This document shows, piece after piece, positions 24,393 through 31,340 of a stretch of DNA of 31,340 bases; position 1 is the first letter of the stretch, and each line of letters begins with the position of its first letter. The stretch comes from Candidatus Zixiibacteriota bacterium (GTDB lineage: Bacteria; Zixibacteria; MSB-5A5; GN15; JAAZOE01), in contig JBDREQ010000051.1 in NCBI GenBank assembly GCA_043819555.1, positions 1 to 31,340 of the forward strand, in the 5' to 3' direction. The position numbers were made by a program, and so were the translations under genes. The notes beneath the pieces were generated by a model. It saw only the letters and a program-made list of their open reading frames with translations, did not search any database and had not been told where the DNA came from.

Positions 24393-26294
24393 ATGCCCTA
24401 TACCATCGCTCCTCAACATGGATCGGCCTCCCGGTGCGCTGTGTTTAAAATTGATCTTAAGGGTCGGCTGGTCTATATCGATGAACAGACCGAAGATTTG
24501 TTCGGCCTGAGCTGTGAAGAATTATTTGGAAAATCAATATTCGATTTCATCTCCTCTTCCTCGCGGCGGACGCTGGACCAAATCATGTTTCATCATAACA
24601 GATATGAGTCCTTTTTCCAGGCAGTACAGTTATCTTATAATCTCCGGGATGGTAAACTCCACCAGATTGATACGGTTCTAACCTTAAATTTTATCGGAGG
24701 CAGTCCCGCCAATTATCAACTGATTCTTCTTCCCACCCAATCAGTTCATGAAATACAAACAGAAAATATTGAAAAAGAATTCTTGAAGCTGCTTGATCAA
24801 GATATCGAGAATATCGATTTGAATAAATTGGCTCGACTGCTCTGTATGGCCGGTGAATATGCCGAAGCCGAATTTTATTTTCCCAATCGGCGAAAGCAAC
24901 TTGTCACAATTGCGTCCTTTCCCGAACGAGAAACCGGAATAAACGCCCCGGCGTACATCGAATTGTTTGCCACTGAACCTCAGGATAGATATTCGTTTAA
25001 TTCCGATGATAGATCCCGACACGAAGGTTTCGGATTAAATCGCACGGAATCACTTCAATTCCTTAACTATCGCAAGACCAATGATTTAATTCTCAGATTG
25101 ACAGGCCCGGCCGAACACCAACCCGGTTTGTCCGCGGTTAAGAATCTCATGCGATTAGTAAAACTCTGGAATTTGCGTTTCCAAACGCCGGACGATTTCA
25201 ATAGTAAAGGACAAAGCTTCTCCCTAATTGGACGAATATGCGATAAGTTGAATATTGAATTGGTCATCACCGACAATAATTATGATATCGTGTACAGGAA
25301 TGATTCTTTTGGAAAATGGCAAGCCGAGATATTAAGTACATCGAACGCCAATAACCTGAAGGAAATCCTTTCTTCCATTGATTTATATAATATCGATGAT
25401 AGTCGGATTGAGTTTTCAAATACTCCTTTCAGCCAGGCCGTTATAAATAATTCCTGCGTCTCGGCGCGGATTCACCTGCTGGAGAGAAGTCCCGTTTTGG
25501 TAATTTCAACCCCATTCAAAATCGGCGAAACTAATCTGTACATCCATGCGGTCTTTTCGCATTTAGAAATGCCGTCATCCGATGATGAAGATTTCACTCT
25601 TCAATCCCTGGCTCACGATTTGCGAGCGCCATTGATATCGATTGATGCCTTTGTCCGGCGACTGGTCGAAAAAAGTACGTATTTCGAAGACGAGCGGGAT
25701 ATCTTTACCATAAACTGCCTCCGCGAAAACGTTGATATTATGCATAACATGATCGGGGCAATTGAGGAGATGCCGAACCATTGGAATTATCGCGAAGAAT
25801 ATAGCATAGTGTCGATCTCCAGGATTATAAAGGGGCAGATAGATCGTTTGAAAGTTGCTTATGCCGATAAGGAATATAAAATCAATATCCCCGATGATAT
25901 TCCCGAGTGCAAAGCTCCAAAAAACCAATTGAATCGCTTGTTTGGCAATTTGCTTGAAAATGCCTTTAAGTATTCAGCCGGCGCGAAAAAACCCCGAATA
26001 AAAATTAATTATTCGCTTGCTGACAATATTCATAAGTTTTCAATAACGGATAATGGCATCGGAATTCCGCAGGAATACTTAAGCAAAGTATTTGAACCAT
26101 TTTTTAGAAATCCGGATAACATCGATATCCCCGGAACCGGAATCGGATTATCAATTGCCAGACGAATTGTCCAATCATGGGAGGGGAAAATCTCAATTGA
26201 TCCCGCGGTTAAGCGCGGGACTGCAGTAGTGTTTACGCTGCCGAATAAAAAGGGGGGCAAATATGAAGACTCAGATGAAGATCGCGTTAATTGA
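24393..26294 (+). CDS. Cytoplasmic PAS-domain sensor histidine kinase
   Basis: N-terminal PAS (D..G...Y....E.LFG...EEL.GKSIFD), H box AHDLRAPL, N box NLLENAFKY, DNGIGI, F.PF, GTGIGL; no obvious TM segment. Confidence 0.93.
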   Translation: MPYTIAPQHGSASRCAVFKIDLKGRLVYIDEQTEDLFGLSCEELFGKSIFDFISSSSRRTLDQIMFHHNRYESFFQAVQLSYNLRDGKLHQIDTVLTLNFIGGSPANYQLILLPTQSVHEIQTENIEKEFLKLLDQDIENIDLNKLARLLCMAGEYAEAEFYFPNRRKQLVTIASFPERETGINAPAYIELFATEPQDRYSFNSDDRSRHEGFGLNRTESLQFLNYRKTNDLILRLTGPAEHQPGLSAVKNLMRLVKLWNLRFQTPDDFNSKGQSFSLIGRICDKLNIELVITDNNYDIVYRNDSFGKWQAEILSTSNANNLKEILSSIDLYNIDDSRIEFSNTPFSQAVINNSCVSARIHLLERSPVLVISTPFKIGETNLYIHAVFSHLEMPSSDDEDFTLQSLAHDLRAPLISIDAFVRRLVEKSTYFEDERDIFTINCLRENVDIMHNMIGAIEEMPNHWNYREEYSIVSISRIIKGQIDRLKVAYADKEYKINIPDDIPECKAPKNQLNRLFGNLLENAFKYSAGAKKPRIKINYSLADNIHKFSITDNGIGIPQEYLSKVFEPFFRNPDNIDIPGTGIGLSIARRIVQSWEGKISIDPAVKRGTAVVFTLPNKKGGKYEDSDEDRVN

Positions 26295-26982
26295 AGATAA
26301 CCGATATCATGCGGTCCTCTTTGAACAGACTATCCTTGAGCAGTATCCCGACTTCGAGATCACGACATTTATGCGCGGCAATGATTTCCTGAAAGTGAAG
26401 GATAAGACACAGTTTGATTTAATTTGTCTCGATTATCATCTGCCCGATATGAACGGCCTTGAGCTGCTTTCTATGATACGCGGCGATTTGACCGATATCC
26501 CGATCATTGTCATCACGGGAGTTGGTTCCGAACAGACGGCGGTCGAGGCTATGAAATCAGGCGCAACCGATTACATCACCAAAAATAGCAACTACATTTC
26601 CACCATTCCTCGGGTGATAAAACAGGCCTGCCAAAAACAGAAATTGATATTAAAAAATAGAAGGTTGGAGGAAAAGGCCAGGATTGCCGAAAAATTCGAA
26701 ACGATTTCCACAACAACCTCGACTTTGAATCATGAAATTAATAATCCCCTCATGTCCATCCTGGGCACTGTGGAATTACTTTTGGATACTCCCGGAATCA
26801 CGGATCAAGAAATCAAAAATAAGCTCGAAATGATTGCCGGCTCAGCCCAGAGAATAAAGGAAATAACACAGAAGATGGCTTCTCTGAATACGGCTCCGAT
26901 ACAGCAAACTCCTGCCGGGCCAATGCTTAAAATTACACGGCCGGGGAAAAGGCCAAAGGGTTTGTTGTCTAATCGGAATTAG
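26263..26982 (+). CDS. Response regulator: receiver + HisKA (DHp) domain, no ATPase or DNA-binding domain
   Basis: IED, LDYHLPDMNG, ITG, GA.DYI.K receiver motifs, then TLNHEINNPL.SILG, ending shortly after. Confidence 0.9.
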   Translation: MKTQMKIALIEDNRYHAVLFEQTILEQYPDFEITTFMRGNDFLKVKDKTQFDLICLDYHLPDMNGLELLSMIRGDLTDIPIIVITGVGSEQTAVEAMKSGATDYITKNSNYISTIPRVIKQACQKQKLILKNRRLEEKARIAEKFETISTTTSTLNHEINNPLMSILGTVELLLDTPGITDQEIKNKLEMIAGSAQRIKEITQKMASLNTAPIQQTPAGPMLKITRPGKRPKGLLSNRN

Positions 26983-27000
26983 CACATTTCATAAAAGCAA

Positions 27001-27030
27001 TTGACAAAACCATTTGGTTCCCTATATTCT
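27001..27030 (+). promoter_or_regulatory. sigma70 promoter of yicC-gmk-rpoZ-topA
   Basis: TTGACA followed by TATATT (16-nt spacer) or TATTCT (18-nt spacer). Confidence 0.6.
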
Positions 27031-27056
27031 CACCTTATCATAAGGATGGTTATTTT

Positions 27057-27926
27057 ATGAATTCCATGACCGGATATGGCCGCGCTGAATTACGCCGCAA
27101 AGAATATAAGCTCAGTGTTGATCTGGCATCGGTTAACAGCCGCTATCTTGAGACTGTTTGCCGCATGCCGCGGGCTCTGGCCAGCCTTGAAAGTAAGATA
27201 AAAGAAGAAATTTCAAATGGAATTTCTCGCGGCAAAATCACCATAACAGTTAATATAGAGATATCACCCTTGTCGGCTCAGATTATTGATATGGACGCAG
27301 CCGAGGCTTTTTATAAACAGCTCAAAGATATAAAGAAAAAGCTAAAATTAAAGGGCGAACTGGATATTTCCCAAATTGCCGCGGCCCGAGAAGTCCTTGT
27401 CAATCCTAATGAGTCGTTTGAAGCCAATGGATTATGGTCAGATATTGAAAAACTTCTTAAAAAGGCCATCCGCGACTTGACAAAAATGAGGGCAGCCGAA
27501 GGCAAAAACCTTGTTAGGGATATGGGAAAGCGTTGCCGCCGAATTGGCGATTTCATTAAGGACCTGGAAAAAATGGTTCCCCGGAATGTGGAGGAATATA
27601 AAAGCCGGCTGGAAAAGAGGATTAAAGATTTGGGCGATGGCATTCAACTTGATTCAGCGCGCCTGGCCGAAGAAGTCACGATTTATGCGGATCGTTCGGA
27701 TATTTCCGAAGAATGCACTCGATTAGATTCACATTTGGACATGTTTATTAATGCTCTAAAAAATTCTACCCCGGCCGGAAAACGCCTGACCTTCATTTTG
27801 CAGGAAATGGGCCGCGAAGCCAATACAATCGGCTCCAAATCCCTCTCCGGCGAAACCGCTGCGGCTGCTATCGAAATAAAAGAAGAAATCGAAAAACTGC
27901 GCGAACAAGCTCAAAATATTGAATAA
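27057..27926 (+). CDS. yicC: YicC/YloC family endoribonuclease
   Basis: SMTGYG, SVN.RYL, RGK, DI.EE..RL.SH, GKRL.F.LQE..REANTIGSK, EK.REQ.QNIE. Confidence 0.96.
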   Translation: MNSMTGYGRAELRRKEYKLSVDLASVNSRYLETVCRMPRALASLESKIKEEISNGISRGKITITVNIEISPLSAQIIDMDAAEAFYKQLKDIKKKLKLKGELDISQIAAAREVLVNPNESFEANGLWSDIEKLLKKAIRDLTKMRAAEGKNLVRDMGKRCRRIGDFIKDLEKMVPRNVEEYKSRLEKRIKDLGDGIQLDSARLAEEVTIYADRSDISEECTRLDSHLDMFINALKNSTPAGKRLTFILQEMGREANTIGSKSLSGETAAAAIEIKEEIEKLREQAQNIE

Positions 27927-27936
27927 GGCATAAACG

Positions 27937-28560
27937 GTGAGTAAATCGGCATTAAAAGGGAAAATTGTAATTATCTCCTCGCCATCCGGAGGAGGTAAGA
28001 CCACGATTTGCCGTCAACTTATCAGAAAAAACAAAAACTGGCGATTTTCAGTTTCATATACAACCCGCGCGAAACGAAAAGGCGAAATTAACGGACGCCA
28101 ATATTATTTTGTGGGGCAGGACAAATTTAAGGCGCTTCGAGAAAAAGGTTTTTTTGCTGAATCGGCCCTAGTCCATCTCTATTACTACGGCACGCCTATA
28201 AAACAGCTTGAACAAGCTGTTCGGAAAGGGCAAGTTGTTCTCCTGGATGTAGATGTTAAGGGAGCCGCCAGTATAAAAAAGAAATATCCGGAAGCTCTAT
28301 CCATATTTATCCGCCCGCCTTCAATTCGAGAACTGAAAAAAAGATTGAAGCGCAGGGGAACGGAAACCAGAGAGCAAATGGAAGTCAGGCTCCAAAACGC
28401 TATCAATGAAAATCAAAAATACAATCAATTTGACTACGTAATCGTAAATAAAAACATTAATGAAGCCGTGTCCGCTGCCGACTATATGATTAAATCCTGG
28501 ACGGTCGGCATTACCTTTTTTGGGCGGAACAAATCAAGAACCTATTCGGTTCCTGAGTAG
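27937..28560 (+). CDS. gmk: Guanylate kinase
   Basis: PSGGGKTT P-loop, SVS.TTR..R.GE..G..Y.F, YGT, DVDV.GA; conserved yicC-gmk-rpoZ order. Confidence 0.97.
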   Translation: MSKSALKGKIVIISSPSGGGKTTICRQLIRKNKNWRFSVSYTTRAKRKGEINGRQYYFVGQDKFKALREKGFFAESALVHLYYYGTPIKQLEQAVRKGQVVLLDVDVKGAASIKKKYPEALSIFIRPPSIRELKKRLKRRGTETREQMEVRLQNAINENQKYNQFDYVIVNKNINEAVSAADYMIKSWTVGITFFGRNKSRTYSVPE

Positions 28561-28591
28561 GCAATTGAACATTGGAATGCAGGAGGAATAT

Positions 28592-28843
28592 ATGGGATTT
28601 ATACCGCTCGATATGCTTTATGATATAACAGAAAACCGTTATCAAGCGGTTTTGATTGCTTCCCAGCGCGCCCGGCAATTGAACGATATCCGTTTGGCGA
28701 AATTAGAAATATTATCTAATGATAATGCCGACAACATTGAAATTGATGGTCGTAAAGTTACTTTTCGAGCATTGAAAGACTGTCTCGAAGGAAAGGTCAC
28801 AATAAAGACGGACACCCATGGCGAAGAATCTATTGATAGTTGA
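28592..28843 (+). CDS. rpoZ: RNA polymerase omega subunit
   Basis: NRY.AV.IAS.RARQLN...K....AL.....G; ATG at 28592 after AGGAGG; located after gmk. Confidence 0.88.
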   Translation: MGFIPLDMLYDITENRYQAVLIASQRARQLNDIRLAKLEILSNDNADNIEIDGRKVTFRALKDCLEGKVTIKTDTHGEESIDS

Positions 28844-31085
28844 GTCCCCGGCTAAGTCAAAAACATTAAAAAAATTCCTTGGCCGGAACTTCGATGTCAA
28901 AGCAACTGTCGGTCATATTATTGATTTACCCAAATCAAGAACCGGTGTTGATGTCGATAACGAATTTGAACCAAATTATGTCGTTATTGACGGCAAAGAT
29001 AAGATAATAGCGGAGCTTAGCGCGGCCGCCCGGAAAGCCGAAAATATATATCTGGCTCCGGATCCAGACCGCGAAGGAGAAGCAATCGCATGGCATGTCG
29101 CCAATAGTTTTAAAAAGGACAAAGAAATCACCGCTTCCGTCAGCCGCGTTGCCTTCAATGCTATCACCAAAAGAGCCGTAACTGATGCTTTTGATCATGC
29201 CCGCGAGATCGATATTAATCTGGTCAATGCCCAGCAGGCGCGCCGCATTCTTGATCGCCTGGTCGGATACGAAGTTTCTCCGTTTCTGTGGAATACAATT
29301 GCGATGGGCTTATCGGCCGGTCGAGTGCAATCTGTGGCTTTGCGAATAATTTGCGAGCGCGAACGGGAAGTCCTCGATTTTGTGCCGCGGGAATACTGGG
29401 AAATTGAAGCCGAGTTTGCCAATAAGAAAAAGCAGGTTTTCGCCGCAAAGCTGGCCAAAATTAATGACAAAAAGGCGGATTTGCCGGATAAAGAAACAAC
29501 TGATAAGATTCTCGAAATCATCAAAAGCAAAAAATTTGAAATATCCGATATAAAAATCGGAACAAAAAAGCGAAATCCCCTTCCGCCGTTTATAACATCA
29601 ACGCTTCAACAGGAAGCGGCCACCAAGCTTGGTTTTGCGCCCAATAAAACCATGCGCGTCGCGCAGGCTTTATACGAAGGCGTCGAACTAAAGAATGAAG
29701 AAGGTTCGGTCGGACTTATCACATATATGCGTACCGATTCGGTTCGGGTCGAACCCGACGCCATCAACGGCGCCCGTTCGTATATCAAGAAAAATTTCGG
29801 CGCCAAATATCTTCCCGAAAAACCTCGTTTCTTCAAAACCAAAAAATCGGCCCAGGATGCTCATGAGGCGATTCGCCCCACCTATCTTGAATACAGTCCG
29901 GATAAGATTAAGAAATCGCTCACCAAAGACCGCCTCGCTCTTTATACATTAATATGGGATCGCTTTATCGCTTCCCAAATGGAATCGGCCGTTTACGATA
30001 CCGTCTCAGTTGACATTACCGCCGACGAGTATCTTTTCCGGGCCAGTTCTCTCAATCTGAAATTTGACGGCTACCTAAAGACTTACAAAGAAAGCGAAAC
30101 CAACGGCAACGGCAATAACGGCAATCAAAAAGACAAAAAAGAAATTCCCCCGCTGGAAATCGGGGAAGAGGTCAAAGCCAAAAAATTCGATCCCAGTCAG
30201 CATTTCACCAAACCGCCGCCGCGCTTCTCAGAAGCATCGCTTGTAAAAGAAATGGAAGCCCAGGGAATCGGCCGGCCCTCAACCTATGCCCAGACTATTG
30301 CGACTTTGAAGTCTCGGAAATATGTCGATTTGACCGAACGCCGTTTGATCCCGACCGAGCTTGGCTTTACAGTAACGAAAATTCTGGTCGAAAATCTCAA
30401 TCATCTCTTTGATGTCTCATTTACGGCCAATATGGAAGAGGAACTTGACGATATTGAGGAAGGCAAACTCGTCTGGACAGAAGTCCTCCATAAATTCTAT
30501 GATCCTTTTTCGGATAAAATGGCCATTCTCAAAGGCAAGGCCAAAGAGATAAAAGAGTCATTAACCGAGCAAACCGATGAAAAATGTGAGAACTGCGGCT
30601 CGCCCATGATAATCAAATGGGGCCGCAACGGCCGCTTTATGGCGTGCAGCAACTACCCCGAATGCAAGACGACCCGGCCTCTCGAAGAAGAGGAAAATTG
30701 CATCGAAACAGATGTAATTTGCGAGGAATGCGGCGCCAGGATGCGGGTCAAAAATGGCCGCTTTGGGAAATTTCTGGGATGTTCCAACTATCCCAAATGC
30801 AAGCACACGGCGGCAATCACAACCGGTGTACCATGCCCTAATGAAAAATGCAACGGTGAAATTGTTGAACGCAAAACCAAACGGGGTCGTCCGTTTTATG
30901 GCTGTACAAAATATCCCAAATGCGATTTTGCCTCTTGGAGCAAACCGGTTGACAAAAAATGCAAAGCTTGCGGACACGCTTTTATCGTTGAGAAAGAAAC
31001 CAAAGCCAAAGGTCTGCACTATTACTGCCCCAAATGCAAAACGGTATCATATCCCAAACCCTCAGAACTGGCAGTCAGCAAATAA
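28818..31085 (+). CDS. topA: DNA topoisomerase I with C-terminal zinc ribbons
   Basis: IVESP.K, D.DREGE, SAGRVQS, LITYMRTDS (catalytic Tyr), AHEAIRPT, GIGRPSTYA, repeated CxxC...C..YP.C. Confidence 0.98.
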   Translation: MAKNLLIVESPAKSKTLKKFLGRNFDVKATVGHIIDLPKSRTGVDVDNEFEPNYVVIDGKDKIIAELSAAARKAENIYLAPDPDREGEAIAWHVANSFKKDKEITASVSRVAFNAITKRAVTDAFDHAREIDINLVNAQQARRILDRLVGYEVSPFLWNTIAMGLSAGRVQSVALRIICEREREVLDFVPREYWEIEAEFANKKKQVFAAKLAKINDKKADLPDKETTDKILEIIKSKKFEISDIKIGTKKRNPLPPFITSTLQQEAATKLGFAPNKTMRVAQALYEGVELKNEEGSVGLITYMRTDSVRVEPDAINGARSYIKKNFGAKYLPEKPRFFKTKKSAQDAHEAIRPTYLEYSPDKIKKSLTKDRLALYTLIWDRFIASQMESAVYDTVSVDITADEYLFRASSLNLKFDGYLKTYKESETNGNGNNGNQKDKKEIPPLEIGEEVKAKKFDPSQHFTKPPPRFSEASLVKEMEAQGIGRPSTYAQTIATLKSRKYVDLTERRLIPTELGFTVTKILVENLNHLFDVSFTANMEEELDDIEEGKLVWTEVLHKFYDPFSDKMAILKGKAKEIKESLTEQTDEKCENCGSPMIIKWGRNGRFMACSNYPECKTTRPLEEEENCIETDVICEECGARMRVKNGRFGKFLGCSNYPKCKHTAAITTGVPCPNEKCNGEIVERKTKRGRPFYGCTKYPKCDFASWSKPVDKKCKACGHAFIVEKETKAKGLHYYCPKCKTVSYPKPSELAVSK

Positions 31086-31122
31086 ATAAGTATTAGTCAA
31101 TCGTCTATCGAAAAATTTTAAT

Positions 31123-31156
31123 AAAAAAAAAGGCGCGAACATCGTGCCTTTTTTTT
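31123..31156 (+). terminator. Bidirectional intrinsic terminator after topA
   Basis: A9-GGCGCGA-ACA-TCGTGCC-T8. Confidence 0.85.
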
Positions 31157-31178
31157 AAGTATATAAACTCAATATTTT

Positions 31179-31200
31179 GTCATACCCGCGCAGGCGGGTA
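31179..31200 (+). repeat. GTC-tagged REP-like palindrome interrupted by IS30
   Basis: GTC-ATACCCGC-GCAG-GCGGGTA, then the IS end in place of the expected TCCA tail. Confidence 0.85.
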
Positions 31201-31340
31201 GGTGGATTCACATTTGAAGTGCAACAGTTTATCTCCAAATAACTCAGCTGGGGTTCGAAAGTCCAGACATTTCCTTGGAGTGTTATTATAAGCGCAAATG
31301 AGTTTGAAGAAGCGATCATCAGTAAGTGTAGCCAAATCAG
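31180..31340 (-). CDS. IS30-family transposase, C-terminal fragment (partial)
   Basis: Manual translation: DLATLTDDRFFKLICAYNNTPRKCLDFRTPAELFGDKLLHFKCEST-YPPARV*. N..PRK.L.F.TP.E.F is the IS30 C-terminal signature; the stop TGA at 31182-31180 lies in the REP. Confidence 0.9.
   Translation of the reverse strand, partial: DLATLTDDRFFKLICAYNNTPRKCLDFRTPAELFGDKLLHFKCESTYPPARV
31201..31340 (-). mobile_element. IS30-family insertion sequence, right end (IRR 31201-31226), truncated by the window edge
   Basis: IRR matches IRL at 114-139; contains the transposase C-terminus. Confidence 0.9.

Noticed and set aside
28520..28591. Longer rpoZ start at 28520
   Set aside because: It overlaps gmk; ATG 28592 has a perfect AGGAGG and gives a normal-length omega subunit.
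140..31200. Composite transposon or IS-bounded circular element
   Set aside because: The cargo is core chromosomal genes and the two junction target sequences differ (GGAA vs GGTA), which fits two independent insertions better.
1..31340. CRISPR array, tRNA or rRNA genes
   Set aside because: No regularly spaced repeats or cloverleaf signatures were seen in any intergenic region by eye; a covariance-model scan was not possible.

Overview
Bacterial chromosomal segment made mostly of housekeeping and envelope genes: class IV aminotransferase, DUF401 permease, ECF sigma / zinc anti-sigma / HtrA-fold protein, CMD protein, tamB-tamA-like pair, iscS, mnmA, MBL hydrolase, AsmA, cysE, alanine symporter, S8 peptidase, a two-component pair, and yicC-gmk-rpoZ-topA. 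The dockerin-like 'GDA..D..NVGDAVY..N..FKGGPAP' modules and the FlgD/T9SS-like C-terminus suggest an FCB-group organism such as Zixibacteria (inference). Main observations not shown by the ORF track: (1) Both window ends are about 140-nt fragments of an IS30-family element, each inserted at the same position of a GTC...TCCA REP-like palindrome. The transposase takes its last 6 codons and its stop codon from the target palindrome, and one target belongs to a pair of inverted REPs bracketing a stand-alone GIY-YIG nuclease. (2) The HtrA-fold protein lacks all three catalytic residues, and its signal peptide is split by a T10 tract that is also the tail of a terminator-like hairpin. (3) A frameshift-split gene of about 876 aa (secreted C-type lectin / triple dockerin / Cys-rich repeats) lies between 22-bp direct repeats derived from a GTAG-type REP. 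No rRNA, tRNA or CRISPR array was seen.
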